A stretch of 64,000 bases of DNA, from assembly GCF_006345805.1 (NCBI RefSeq), contig NC_043011.1, positions 65,856,464-65,920,463 of the forward strand, read 5' to 3'. This DNA is from Octopus sinensis. Lineage: Eukaryota. The position numbers were made by a program, and so were the translations under genes. Numbering within the stretch: the first letter of the stretch is position 1; the number at the start of each line of letters is the position of its first letter. Below are positions 39,026 through 64,000 of the stretch, one piece after another. A model generated the notes under the pieces. It saw only the letters and a program-made list of their open reading frames with translations, did no database searches and was not told where the DNA came from.

Positions 39026-39712
39026 TCAATGGGAGAAACAACCGATCACATGTAAACTTGAAACAGAGTCTCCGGTTTTTAGATCTCAAAATTTCAAAGT
39101 GACGAAATATTTGAGATTTATAGAGTTAGACATGAGCATGTATAAAACATCGGTGAAGAATATCCCCCATCACATCACAGTGATTCAATAGACTCTCTTA
39201 GAGCTTCCAAGATGTAACTCAGATTCCCATGGCTGAATCTACTGGTCTTCGTGAGATTCAAATTTGTAGGTATTTTGTTTTCTCTTCTCACCTTTGGTTT
39301 TAGCATACTTGGCAGCTATAAGAATTTATTATCATCTTGACTAATACACCGGGTAACACCTATGTCCATGTTGTCTCGATATGTTCTTTTAAAGGGCACC
39401 GCAACAGAAGTTTTCTTCTTTATGAATGTTAGCCGCATATTTTTTTATTGTGTTTTGTTGTAGAATAAGTGAATTATTCATTACACAAACAATAGTCTCA
39501 ACAAACGAAAAAACTATTCCATTAAATATTTTATTTATGTCACATATGCAATTTAAAATGTCAACTGGTAGAGTTTACTACTGAAAAACAAATATACTGA
39601 ATCAATTGTATTATTTTACGTAGGACATGTGTTACTATATAATTAGTTATTTATGATAAAATTGTGAAGGTGACCTGTCTAGTATCAGTGTTAGATTGAC
39701 AGAGGCAACAGT

Positions 39713-50472
<10,760 letters not shown>

Positions 50473-50779
50473 GTATTGAAAAAGCTGCAATGAGGAAGTA
50501 TTTATGTTATTCCTTTAATTGTTTCGATACTAAAGAATTTTATGTCCGAAATGTGCCAATAAACATCGTAAGAGTTTAATAAACGTAGATTATTCGTTTA
50601 TTATTGTTTTATAGTTTCTTAAACTTGGAAACCTCCTCAAAACTTACACACGAGGCATTTGATAACACTGCCTTTTGGACATCAAAGTATTTGTTACATT
50701 TTATTAGTGATGATTCCTTTTTACTGCAGACACAAGGTATGAAATTATGTTTAAAGCACCGAACCAAGTACATTACATC

Positions 50780-51100
50780 GAAGCAAGTACTTAAATTGTA
50801 CTTATTTTATTGAACCCAGAAAGATGAAGAGTAAAATTGTCTCGAACCGTAAAAAAGTTTCTCACCTTCCCGAGCGTCAAACTAATATCATTGTCGTTGA
50901 TACAGCTATTTTGGGTTTTTTTTCTATAAATGTCAACCATATATGGCGCAGAGGCAACCATGAGCACGTCATCATCTACATATGTTGGATCTATTGCAAC
51001 CCAGTAAACCATAGGCATTCTTTGAGGAGCTTCCCACCAAATGAGAAACGAGATGACACATTACTATCCAAATATATATGGCAATTATAAAATAAATCTC
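50780..51100 (+). mobile_element. Penelope GIY-YIG remnant
   Basis: TYVGS and KRDDTLLSKYIWQL, similar to KKTSLAKYVWEL of the 47-50 kb element. Confidence 0.55.
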
Positions 51101-51369
51101 AATTTAGCATGACTTAAAACATATTCTCACACACAAAATAACATCAAGATAATATCGGAAACTGAAATGTTACCATATTACCATAGTCATGGCGCAAATT
51201 TTAAACTAAAACTCTGAATTAGTTTATTCATGCATGAAAAACACTTACACAACAGTAAAAGTTTTCAAAACATTAATACAAATAAAATACAAATAATAAA
51301 ATTACTTTGACATCATTACACTAGTTACGTGCTCTAGGAATTATCAAAAAGTTTCCTAACCAAACCTCA

Positions 51370-53080
51370 ACCTTGCATATATACAGAGGTATAAAATAAC
51401 ATTACGGAATACCCATGTTTGAAAGAGAAAATAATATTTATACAGGATTAACAAACACATTCTAAGTCTATAAAACAAAAAGCGTTCAAATGTTGTATAT
51501 ACTACTCAATTTGCTTATAGAACACTAAATAGCTAAAGAGAAAGGACAGACCAACTACCTTTGAAGCAGCCCAAAAGCATGACATTCCTGACTAGTAACC
51601 TAAATTTCTAATTAGAAACAAAATGCACTAAATGACAACCAATAAAATGTGCCGCAAAACATGACGTCAGTTTATATCCTTTTGTGAACCTCAAGACAAT
51701 TCCAAAACAGAAAAAGGGAAACTAACGTTTTTAATGCCATTTTCAAAACAAACTATTTCTGTACAAAATATGTGTGAAAGAATGCCTTCAACTTCCTGTC
51801 TGTTTCTGAATGTCTCATAATTGTTGTGATGACAGAGCCATTTATCATCACCTGCAACACGGCCGCAGATATGACCGGTTGTATTGCTGGTTAGAAGACT
51901 ACAGGAGATGGTGGAATATTGTGTTTGGTTGTAAAGCTTAAGCACAGGTGACACCCTAATTTCCTCTTTGAATGTTTTCTTAATTTAGCTTGGGATATTC
52001 GTGGATAGTTGAACATGAAACATTAACTTTTGCGCCACATCCCGGTTGCTTTGACGTGGATCCGATGCAATAGTCTAGTGCAAAAGGTCTTCATTCAGAA
52101 TATGTCGTCTGCAAGGACGTGGGGTGTCGGACATGTCACAATCACCATATTTAGAACTTTTAAACCACAGCTGATATATACGAGATTTCACTGCATCCAA
52201 ATACACTTCACAAATGTTTTCCATTTATTCTATAGCAGTGATTTTCTTTCGAAAATCATACAGAAAGCAATGGAGATTATTTTGCTTCATAACGTTTATC
52301 CACCATGGGATTAATTACGCAATTAACTATGAATACACGCTGACGGGATAGAAGAGATTAAATATTATTTCTAGACTGTTCCCACCCATTTTATCTTGAA
52401 TTTAACGGGATTGTCTTATTCGTCTATCATCGTGATGAAAATTCGCATTACATTCCCAACACTCTATTTATATAAATGCTATCGGCTTCTGTCATTTTCC
52501 GTTTACCAAGTCTTTCACATGGCTTCAGTCAGCTCGCGGATATAGTACAAGTCACCTGCTCAATTTTTTACGCTTGTTGTACGTATGGGTGTTAATTTGT
52601 TACGTGGATAGCGAATTTCTTGGTAGGGTTAGTCATTTTTTTAGCTTTATTGGATTTAATCCTTTGTTTTGAAAATATAATGTGAAAGGTACAAAGTTCA
52701 GGATGTAGGATATTACTAACAGGTTTGACACATTTTTTTCTGTTTTGGAATTGTCTTGAGGTTCACAAAAGGATATAAACTGACGTCATGTTTTGCGGCA
52801 CATTTTATTAGTTGTCATTTGGTGCGTTTTTTTTCTAATTAGAAATTTAGGTTACTAGTCAGGAATGTCATGCTTTTGGGCTGCTTCAAAGGTAGTTGGT
52901 CTGTGCTTTCTCTTTAGCTATTTAGTGTTCTATAAGCAAATTGAGTAGTATATACAACATTTGAACGCTTTTTGTTTTATAGACTTAGAAGGTGTCTGTT
53001 AAACCTGTATAAATATTATTTTCTCTTTCAAACATGGGTATTCTGTAATGTTATTTTAAACCTCTGTATATATGCAAGGT
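51370..53080. repeat. Inverted duplication of about 345 bp (51370-51715 / 52735-53080) with a spacer of about 1 kb
   Basis: Arms are near-identical reverse complements. Confidence 0.92.
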
Positions 53081-53109
53081 GGTGATAATGGTTATAAGGT
53101 TATGAGAGG

Positions 53110-53500
53110 CTGCTGCCAACACTAAAACCAGAAATACATCCACAAATATCCTTGCTCTGTGTTTGGTGGATCATAAAATGTATCGTCCATTTCAAGATGA
53201 AGGAACGTCAATGAATATTGCTAAGAAATGAAAACTACGTCAAAAGTGGCCATCTTTGATAAACAGAAAGGGTTATACACCAACATGACAATGCACGGCC
53301 ACACCCTTCAATACAAATCAAAGAAAAATTAAGATTACTAGGACTGGAACTTTTTCGACATCCTCGCTACCTGACATAGCAATTACGGATTTCCGTGTGT
53401 TCCGATCAACAGAGCATTTTATGTGTACGTTGGAACAGTCATTCAGTTATTTTCTTGAGGGGAATAAATAAGCTTCTTTGTAAGAGACATAAAAATGTTA
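53110..53500 (+). mobile_element. Mariner transposase remnant
   Basis: KPEIHP..LLCVWW, HQHDNARPH, ELFRHP...PDIA.TDF.VFRS. Confidence 0.75.
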
Positions 53501-53989
53501 CTTTCCCGTTGAGCTGCACTCATTGGAAGCGATTGTGATCACTTTCGTGATTAAAAGTATGCGAAATAAAGCCTTGTTTGCCTTCCTTTGTATATCCTTT
53601 CTCGTAAAACACAATTACTTTACGAACACATTAATTTATATCTCTTGACTAATAGAATGTGTAGTATTATCGTTTATGTCGACTTAGTAAGTTTTTAATA
53701 GTCATTGACAAGAGATTTCTCTTCTTTTATATCAGTGACACGTTTTTCATTGTTTTTTACTGGTACAATTCAATTAGCTCTTACATTAATAAGCATCTCA
53801 GCATGGCGAAAATCTCTATATAACTACTTGGTGGTATATACAATGGGAAACGTCAAGTGATATTAAATATTGATAAGAAACGGATTATAATGAATGAGAG
53901 AATACAATCCCAGAGTCAGAGTTGGTGCGTAACCAGGGGTTAAAAAAGAGCGATGAAGCAACATTCTCTGTGCATATTACCTAGTTGAC

Positions 53990-54625
53990 AACACCGAGTG
54001 GCTGGATGGATTCTGAGGACATTTAAAACCAGAAAAGGGGGAAACCCTGCCACTTCTCTGAAGTACTTTCGTTCTCAGCCTCCTGGATTACAGCTCCCAA
54101 ATATGGTTCCAGCGACTGTGAAACAAACCCTGGAAGTCGAAGCAATGAAGCCCCAATACACAAAGAATATTATCTCTATGCAAAAGATGGGCTGGTGGGA
54201 GAGGCTAAAGGAGCCGAGTCGCTTTCCCTTGCAGGGGAACGGATAAAGATATGCGGTGATATATGTTTGGGGGATCTTAGAGGATCTAGCTCACAATTTC
54301 GGAATTGACATCTATAGCATCGTGCCACACATCTCGTCTTTCCCATCCAAAATATGGATACTACTGCAATTGCCTGTATTTCAAGGGCCCGCAAATGTTC
54401 AACATCCTGACAGGCAACCTTAGAGATATGCATGGCGTTCATGTGGATGTCATCAACGAATGTCTGAACGGGTCTCTATCTGAGATACCAGATGAACCCA
54501 CATCGCGGTAGGAGAAGCAAAGAAGAGTAGCTACGTCCACCTATCTACTTCTTCAAAAACAATACCAGAAATAACGCCAAGTGATAACAGGTTCTGCACC
54601 AGCATGACCCCAGCCTTCCACTGAA
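53990..54625 (+). mobile_element. Decayed CR1/L2-group LINE 3' end
   Basis: GWILRTFKTR, WERLK, KGPQMFNIL; homologous to 15425-15868. Confidence 0.75.
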
Positions 54626-54756
54626 ACCAGTGCAGGATAAGACATAAAGATAAACTAGTATAATTATAAGCAAAACATGTGTTACATTATAATTAACTAT
54701 TTACAATGCAGTTCTGTGAGTTACCTGCCAAGCATAAGACTTCGAATTACTGTGAC

Positions 54757-54894
54757 ATGGGCATGAGGAAATTTGCTGCAATTATTTTCGTTCTAGTGTT
54801 AGGTAAGTAGATCTAATAATTATTGTCATCGATATTTATCTCTCAATTTTAAATTCATGCCTCTCTCATTATCCTGCCATCCATGTTTATGTAC

Positions 54895-54940
<46 letters not shown>

Positions 54941-54983
54941 CATATAAATATATATGTGTGTATACATACGTGTGCATATATAC

Positions 54984-55024
<41 letters not shown>

Positions 55025-55040
55025 TATACATATATATATA

Positions 55041-55083
<43 letters not shown>

Positions 55084-55094
55084 GTATATATATT

Positions 55095-55148
<54 letters not shown>

Positions 55149-55167
55149 TAGATATATATATATATAT

Positions 55168-55199
<32 letters not shown>

Positions 55200-55200
55200 T

Positions 55201-55248
<48 letters not shown>

Positions 55249-56527
55249 AAGAGTTTGCATGCATTCATTTATCTACGAAGGAATTTATTGATGTCTGTAA
55301 ATGTCTATATACATGTGTCTATAAGAATGTGAGTATACATCTTCACAGATATAAATTCTTCAATTCTTCTACTACTCACCACTAAGCTGTTCGTTGAAGT
55401 AACTTAATGTAGATTCCCCATTACCTAATTCAGCTCAATTTTACTCCCCTTACCTTCTTTCTATATTTCATTTGTTTATTGTCTCTCTCCCTTTCTTTTC
55501 TCTCATCCTCTTTTCGGTTTGACCTCACAAACATTCCCAATGTTTAAGTCACTTACAAAAAAAAAACCCTCGATCGAATAACACCGTTTACAAAACGCCA
55601 TGCTTGGAATGCCCAATTATAAACACCTTTGGAACTGACACACAAGGTGCAAGAAACTAATACATACACCATTCTGCTTAAAAAAGGAAACTGCAGATAC
55701 ATTATCCTAACATATCTCACGTTTGTTTTCATTCTTCCACTTCACTCTGTATTTCATATCTTCTCTAAAATAATTATTAATTAAACATTTTCTCGCACCG
55801 TCTCTGATGAAGGGATATATATATAATATCCCATATACAGCTGTAAAATTTCTTTATAAATGTTTTGTAAACTATTTACAGCCTTGGATTTTTTATCTCA
55901 TTCTGTTAACTTTTATAGATAGACATGCTAATACACGGCCTACGTTGGACACGCAATCCGTATCATTATGGACCCAGGAGCTTAATTATAGTTTGTCCAT
56001 AACACTTGCTCATCAGTACCTGACACCTTTGGGTCTTCTTGACACCAATACCTCTGATACTCTTGGTAGAGAGATAGCAAGATAGATTGATAAATAAATC
56101 GATCGAAAGATACATAGGTATAATATATTTTCAGGGGGAAACAAACGTGATTGGAGATATAAAGAAGTATATTAGAGTCATAATTATAAAAAATATACAA
56201 ATTTGCAGGAAATAAGATTTCATATCCTTCTCATGTCCATTAAAAACAACTGTTATGTCATAAATATAGTTTTCCATATATATAAAGCGAAATATTTCTC
56301 TTTCACTCAAATAGGAAGTTACGATAATTAGACGGTTCATATGATTTAGTAATCGATAAAATTTCAGATATAATTTCTATATTATGACATGTATAAAATA
56401 TAAAGTGATTGTTGTTTCAATTCATAGATGTAACCAAAACGTACGTTGGAAAGGTTTGCATCGACATGGCAAAACGAACTTGTCCTGAATCGTATGAGCT
56501 ATTTACAAACGCGTCTGCACGCTGCAA
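54757..56527 (+). CDS. G4: exons 1-2 of a 6-Cys secreted protein paralogue (remaining exons probably beyond the window)
   Basis: 54757-54802 [15 protein letters not shown]|gtaagt; 56428-56527 [34 protein letters not shown]|gtaagt; phases 1 and 2 as in G2 and G3. Confidence 0.82.
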
Positions 56528-57059
56528 GTAAGTATTTTACAACTACTACAATTAATGTTAAACATAGATGTCAGGAACACATCATTGCATTCACGAAACC
56601 TGGCATGTGTCTCAAATTATGCTGATTCACGCATACACATACTTGCTAGCATATTTGCTTATATGAAGAAACATATTCAAGACATGTTAAAAGTTATACT
56701 TTATATTTTATCATTGACCAGTTTCAGTTTTTAAAATGCTGCCATGCAGAAGCAACACTGGAAGAGGTTTAGTCGAACAACACGAGCCCTGTAATGCTTG
56801 TTATTTTTTAATATTGTTGTACATAATCTGAGGCTGAGATAAAAAGTTCCTATGGTGACTATGAAGGACTGATTCTAGTGCTGTGAAATTTTGCATTCAT
56901 TAATTGCGTTACATCTTACTAATAACTACTTTGTTTCATTCCATGTAAAGTGACATCGGGCTGTTCGAATATTTCAAATATATCTATTAGTAATTAGTTT
57001 TGATAATTGAAAATTGGCATCGTGGCCTAAAATGGATTGGCCCCTAGGGATATTCATGC

Positions 57060-57620
57060 GAACAATGTTGCTACATTCACGGATGGTGCTTCAGCTTTAA
57101 CAACAGTTTTGAAAAGTGGTGGGAAAAGGCAGCGTTGTCTTGAGTGCGACCCAATCCTTTGACATTCTACAACTGACACCACCAAGAGAAAACTTTGATT
57201 GTCTTCACCATAAGGTCATGGATGTCAGGCAAAAGAAGAGTATAAATACAATAGGCAATGCTATTTGAATATCCCAGGAGATGTTTGAAAATATTGTGCT
57301 AAACAAATTAGACGTGACTAATGTTTCTGCTGAGTTGGGACAGCGTCCTCTAACATGTAATCAAAATCGCACCAGGCTTATAACATCACCGCAAAATCTG
57401 ACGTTGTTTGAGCCACATGCAGCTACTCTGCTTCAGAGTTTCCTAAGGAAGATAAAATGTTCGGTTTATTACTTTGATTCAGAGAAACTTTCCTCTGCAC
57501 CTGATCCTAAGATGGGCAATGTCCTTCCATCTGGCCTGAATCTAATGTTGTTTCAATAGCCTCAGTGTTTTGGGCTGCAAAAAGCAACTAATGGTCCGTA
57601 ATATGTGATTTGCTGAGACA
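57060..57620 (+). mobile_element. Possible hAT/Charlie transposase remnant
   Basis: TFTDGASAL resembles the Charlie catalytic TDGA motif; otherwise heavily decayed. Confidence 0.35.
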
Positions 57621-57649
57621 TTAAATGAACGCGTTCAAAACCAAACACA

Positions 57650-60320
57650 CTTAGTTAGTTAATTTGGCTCAAAAGCAAATAGCAAGGCCATGTAGGGGTA
57701 CATGGAGTTAAGTACAGGATGGTGTTCATGTAAAGAGTTCAGGCAACTTGAGGTCCAGGGAGGCTTTGAACAAAGCGGTCGTCGGCATCTTCACCATCTC
57801 GTCTGGCAGCTTGTTCCACGGATCCGCATCCCGGACGGAGAAATCTCCTCTCCTTCAATTGAGATGAAATCGTCGCAGGTAGAGCTTTTAGGAATAACCC
57901 CGCAGCCGACGCTCTGGAGCAGGAGTGAAGAACCGCTTTTTCGAGAGGTTACACTTTCCGCTTATAATGTTGTGGGCGAGAATGAGATCACCACGGCGGC
58001 GGCGTTTATCAAGAGAATAAAGGTCGAGCGTCCTCAGCCTTTCTTCGTAGGACAAATATTTGAGACCATGAACCAAGCGGGTAGCCAGCCTCTGGACTCT
58101 TTCGAGATGCTGTATGTCTTTGAGGAGATAAGGAGAAGAGGCTTGAATCCCATACTCCAATATGGGTCTCACCAGCATGACATAGAGTGGTAGGAATATG
58201 GCTGCTGTGAGCATTCCGAATGACCGTCGAATCAAGAACAGACTTCCGCGTGCATTGTTGGCAGCATGGACGCACTGGGCCGAAGGCGAAAAGGAGGAAT
58301 CCACCAAGATACCCAGGTCCTTTACCTAATCGGTCCTCTCCAGCAGCAGACGACCCGGCTCGAAATCAAGTTGAGTTGGAGGAGTAGAGACGACAGGCAG
58401 ATGACAGCACTTTGACAGGTTCAGACACAGGTCCCAATCGTTAGACCACTTCCAAATTTGGTGGAGGCATCGACGAAGATCCTCTATATTGCCGCGAGGA
58501 GCGACCAGTTTGATATCGTCGGCAAATAGTGTGTTGCGTGAGGTCGTCGGGCAAATCATTTATGAAGACTAAGAACAACAAGGGCCCAAGCACTGAACCT
58601 TGAGGCACGCCACTGCTCGCACTGGAGACGTCGGACCGCGAACCATTAACTTGGACTTGGAAGGAGCGATCTGAGAGGAAGGCACCAACCCACCGTATAA
58701 TATCCGGATGGAAACTATATGCTTGAAGCTTGACAAGTAATAGGCGGTGGTATACCGAGTCAAAAGCTTTGGCAAAGTCCAATAAAACGATGTCAGCAGC
58801 ATCACTATCACCGAGGATGCGCGTCTACAATTCTTCCATTACTAGTAAGTTGGTCAAGCATGATCTCTTCGGCACGAAGCCGTGTTGGGAATCAGAGATA
58901 GAGGCTGTGTTTAGGAGGTGGAGCATCATACTTTTCTTAAGGATGGTTTCGAACATCTTGCTGATTATTGATGTAAGGGAAACCGGTCGGTAGTTAAGCG
59001 GGTCTTCGCGGCTCCCTTTCTTGAAAATTGGGCAGATTATCGCTGTTCTCCAGTCTGCAGGTATAACACCCGTCGCCAATGACATATTGAATAGTCGTGT
59101 TAAGGGCTCGCAGATGACCGTAGCCAACGCTTTGATAACCCGTGGGTGTATGCCGTCAGGGCCGTGACCCTTGTTGACATCGAGGCCTTGAATAACACGT
59201 TTGACTTCGTCCCGTGTGATGACCAATCGAAGCATTGGAGGTACCGATCTATCAAATGGAGGGGGTTCACAACCATCATCTTGTTTGAAAATCGTTGAAA
59301 AAGCCTCGGCAAATAATTGACTCTGTTGATAAGGGTCCTCAATCGATACGCCTGTTGAGTCTACCAACGTTGCAATCTGGTTGTTCAAGCGGGAATTCCG
59401 CTGAACATGAGCAATGAAGGTTTTGGGATTGCTACTGGCATTTGCCGCGATTTTGTATTCATAACTGAAGCGTTCTTTCTTTTCAATTTTCACGGATCGA
59501 TCTCGTTGAGTTTTGTACACCTCAAAAGCTGCAGTCGAATCCAGATTTTTGAATTCAGCCCAAGCAATATCTCTGAGTCGACGTTCTCGTTTAAACTTCT
59601 ACGTCACCCAGGGCTTGTGTTTTTTCTTCTTGGGAAGCCCAACGGGAACTGCCTGGTCAGTCAAACAGATTACATATGCTTTGAGGGATGACCATAGTTC
59701 GTCAACAGAGGATAACGTCATCAGGGATCGCCAGTCCAGAAGCGCGGAAGCCTCGGTTAGAATTTCAAGATTAATTGCAGAAAAGACTCTACGTGGCAGC
59801 GAAGTAGTCGTGGGCGTAGAAAAAGTTGTGTGCATGACGAACTTCAGGACCGCATGATCACTCTTGGCAAGAGGGGCGCACACAGATACGTCTGACACTG
59901 ATCTTGGATAGCGGGAGAATACCAGATCTAGCAGAGATGGCTGCTGCCCAGACCGATGCCTTGTCGGATATTCAACATGTTGCGATAGAAAACAATCTTC
60001 AGCCACGTCAAGAAGGGCCTGGTCGAAACGGGAAGATGTTGTACAAATTGATGCGGGCCAATCGATCGTGGGAGCGTTAAATTCTCCTAGTACCAAACAG
60101 TCATGCGAAGCTGAAACGAATCTTATCGCTTCGAGTAAATGAGTATCGTCCTGGGAGTCAGCAAGAGGCGGCCTGTAGACAGCCAACACGGGCAGGCAAA
60201 ACTCAGATAGGCTCAGCTTGCAATAGACGGCATCGAATTTTGTTGTAGGTTGAGCATTAGTGGGTAGAATATCGCTGGACGGTTTGTGCTCAGACTTAAC
60301 ATACACAGCAACACTTGATA
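57650..60320 (-). mobile_element. 5'-truncated CR1-clade LINE (APE-RT) with few lesions and an (AACT)n-like tail
   Basis: VYRPP, VLGEFNAP, KSDHAVL, GPDGIHP, NYRPVSLT, DFAKAFDSV, GVPQGSVLGPLLF, LFADD, RRRGDLI. Confidence 0.93.
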
Positions 60321-60949
60321 ACTAAGTTGTGCTGATTTACTGGGAGAATGCTTCAGCACAAAAACCCTTGTCGCCTATGCTTATTATACGTAACTGTTTT
60401 TGGAATACTTGATCACCCTCCCTATTTTCCAGTTTCGGACCCATCTGCCTACTATATGTTCTATTACATGAAGAATCATTTGACTGGAATCAGTATATGA
60501 CAGTCATGATAACATCATATCTGATTTCGATGATTGTGTTGGACCTACATAATCAAAGAATCTCCACCATTGTCATCCAAGCAGCGCAACACAAATGGAA
60601 GAAGTGTAAGGGCATAAAAGTGTCATATGTGGAAAATCAAACCACATTTTGACAAATTCTATGTGAATATCTTGGTCAGAGATGGACACTTTAGACGACC
60701 AGTGTCTGTTGGTCATTATTAAAGAACCGCAATATTACGCGGTTTAAAAAAAATAAAAGACTTCGGTTGACGAGGGGGATTGGGGAAAACACAAACAAAT
60801 GAAGACACGCATACATATTTTGGAATGCACGCATTCACACAGGAACTTGTACAAGTATGCGCGCATGCGTACGTGAGTATGTGTCACTACTGATACTTTC
60901 TGTCATTTTCCGTGTATTTCCTAGAATATTGTCTTCTATAATGCAGGAT

Positions 60950-61250
60950 TCATAAACAGTTAATGACCAACATTCCGAATCAATCTTACATGGCAATCAA
61001 GAAATACTTTCCCAAGTCTTGTAGATACCGTAGAATATTGAATACGCAAAATGACCGACTCACTTTTTCCACTAACCGTAAAGTAGCGTGGCTAACAGCA
61101 ACACGCATCGTGTCAAGAATATCTCAACAGCGAAAGACGAGTGGAAATATTAGACTAGATAAGAAAAATAAGCAAATCAACGGAAAAATTGAATATACAA
61201 AACAAGATGACAGGGAAGGAGTAGGTAATAACATAAGGGACTTGAATATA
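60950..61250 (+). mobile_element. Penelope RT C-terminal remnant
   Basis: KKYFPKSCRYRRILN, resembling KHFKQGHKFYRIFN of the 47-50 kb element. Confidence 0.5.
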
Positions 61251-61257
61251 TATATAA

Positions 61258-61340
<83 letters not shown>

Positions 61341-61386
61341 TATTTGTTCCACGTCCTCATGTTGTGTTTTCATGTTTGGATTAACC

Positions 61387-61760
<374 letters not shown>

Positions 61761-61821
61761 CATACATATTTATATAAACACACCTATACATATATGAGTG
61801 TGTGTATATACATACATATAT

Positions 61822-64000
61822 ATGCATTTTACTGTCTTACCTAGAAGATATGAAGGCCGACCGAAGCCAGGAGATCCAACGAGCAAACATAACTTAGAAC
61901 ATTGCAAACATCAAACATCCCTTACCTCGACATTCCTGTTAAATGTACGTGGCATTAACCCATCAATTTTTGCACAAAAATGGAAGATCCCATATATAGA
62001 GAGTTAGCTTGCCGAAACGGCTCGTTGCTTCCCTTTCTTTATCCTTACCGAGACTCACCTGAACAACACCCATTTGGACGCTGAAATGAAAATAAAATAT
62101 TTCATCATTGTTCGTGCGGATCACACAGACCGAAATAAGGGAGGCCCAGCCATCTTTATCCTTGACACCTTCTCACTTGATGCCAAGGACATATTTTCCA
62201 ATAGCTATTGTGAATCTGTATCACTATTCAGCAAGGCCAAGGACATAATCATTGTTGGTCTTTACAGGCCTCCTCAAGCACCACTAAAGTGCTTTGAAGA
62301 GTGCCTTAGTAAGGTCAAGTCCTTCCTTCGGAAGTACAACTCCGGAAACTTACTAGTGATGGGTGATTTTAACCTACCTCATGTGAACTGTCCCACAAAT
62401 ACTCTGAAGTTAGGCAAATGCTCTACATCAGATAGAGCAGCAGCAGAACTGCTCTTTAATCTAATGGATGAATACCTCCTGACTCAGCTAGTGCTCGAAC
62501 CAACGAGACAGAATAAAACGATCTTGGATCTGGTATTGACCAATTACTCTAGCTTCGTTCACAGTATTTCAGTTGAAAAAACTCTCCTCTCAGACCACGA
62601 CATGATACTCTGCAATTTCAATTCCCGACATATAAAAACCAAACCAGCCAATCCCAATCCATGGCACTCATTTGACAACATACACTTCCACAAAGCGGAC
62701 TGGGGAGCAATCAGAAAGGATCTGTCTTGCATCAACAGGTCTTTTACTCTCAATTCCACCCATATTGAGACCGCATGGCAGCACTTTGAAAACATTGTCA
62801 CCTATACATGCTCTAAACACGTTCCCACGAAATCTACTAACACAAACAAAAACCGGCCCTCTAAAAAGAAAAAAAACACTCATCAGGCGCATCAAAAAAC
62901 TCAACAAAAAAATCAACCAATTAATATATTCCCACACACAACATCCACATTCAACAACAAGGAAAAGGCTAGAGCTGGAAAAACCTCATCTGCAGACCGA
63001 CATGAAAACCTCAATTGAAAATCAAAGAGCTGTGGAGGAACAGTAGGTAATCAAAAATATCAAACAGAACGCAAAAGTGTTCTATCCCTATGCAAATAAA
63101 CATAGAACCACTGTCTCACCAATTGGGCCATTGATTGTTGATAACGATGATAAAGAAATCGCAGAAATACTGCAGAAACAATACTGCTCTGTCTTTAGTG
63201 TTCCCACTGATATTGACGCAGACGTAAGAGAAGAGAACGAAGTTGATTCTCAACATAAAATCTCAGACATAACCTTCACTGCCACTGACATCGTAGCAGC
63301 AATAAATGAGGACAAATACTACTCTGCTGTAGGCCCTGATAGATTCCCCACTAGTCTCCTGAAGGAATGTAGACACAAACTTGCAGTCCCTCTGACCAAC
63401 CTCTGGAGAAATTCGTTAGACGCAGGTTATATACCGAAAGAGTTTCTATCCCAGTCAAGTCATCCCGGTTTTCAAACAGGGAAACAGATCCCTCGCACTC
63501 AAATATCGCCCAATCTCACTCACCTCACACATCATTAAAGTGTTTGAAAGAGTGTTAAGATCAAGGATAGCTGACTTCCTGGAGACCCAGAAAATCCTAA
63601 ATGCAAATCAGCATGGCTTTCGCTATGGCAGGGACTGTCTAACACAGCTCTTACACCACATTGAAGATGTACTCAAAGCCTTGGGAACACGTTCGAACTC
63701 TGCTTGACTTCAGTAAAGCGTTCGACAGGGTAGACCATAAAATCCTACTCTCAAACTTGGCAAATGTTGGAATCCGTGGAAAAGTTCTATGCTGGATCAA
63801 GTATTTCTTAGCGAATAGAACACAACATGTTGTAGTTGATGGAGTCCACTCAAGTCCAGCAAAAGTCACCAGCGGTGTTCCCCAGGGGACTGTCTAGGGT
63901 CCGCTACTCTTCATAATTTATATAAACGACCTTTCCAGTGTCGTACATTACTGAAACGTGAACGTATTTGCTGATGACACTCAGCTCCAGCAAATCGTCA
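61822..64000 (+). mobile_element. Decayed CR1/L2-group LINE, duplicate of 1-2965; lies downstream of G4 exon 2
   Basis: Colinear at an offset of 61,982 bp, roughly 95% identical by eye, with shared stops and frameshifts. Confidence 0.93.

Noticed and set aside
55800-55850. Hammerhead motif (CTGATGA plus GGGATA/TATCCC stem); also CTGATGA near 14330
   Set aside because: The GAAA half of the core is missing
56951-60700. Candidate G4 exon 3 at 56951 or 60433
   Set aside because: Neither has the three-Cys pattern or an 85-88 nt length with a good donor

Overview
AT-rich, microsatellite-saturated animal genomic DNA, most likely Octopus. The species call is an inference from recognisable octopod tRNA-derived SINEs and the LINE/Penelope landscape. 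Nothing prokaryotic is present, and most ORF-track entries are (TA)n artefacts or transposon fragments. Two structures stand out. (1) A + strand tandem cluster of four paralogous intron-containing genes that the ORF track misses: G1 3253-4965 (partial), G2 31945-36994 (probable pseudogene), G3 39713-50472 (complete, about 99 aa) and G4 54757-56527 (partial). They encode small proteins with a signal peptide, a 6-Cys domain (C-x7-C-P-x10-12-C-x8-C-x7-8-C-x9-11-C), a variable micro-exon stalk and a GPI-signal-like tail. I cannot assign them to a known family. Two dead LINE copies 61,982 bp apart share lesions, suggesting the window is about one unit of a segmental duplication. (2) A sequence-specific L1/Tx1 retrotransposon family whose three copies all start at one site (AGTAGCTTGCTTAC^) between the A and B boxes of a tRNA-derived SINE. 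Two of them are in tandem, separated by the target duplication, and split one SINE. Also present: Penelope elements with minimal hammerhead motifs, an R4/Dong element at (TAA)n, CR1/L2-type LINEs, a long-TIR element, Gypsy/mariner/hAT/RTE remnants and local inverted duplications.
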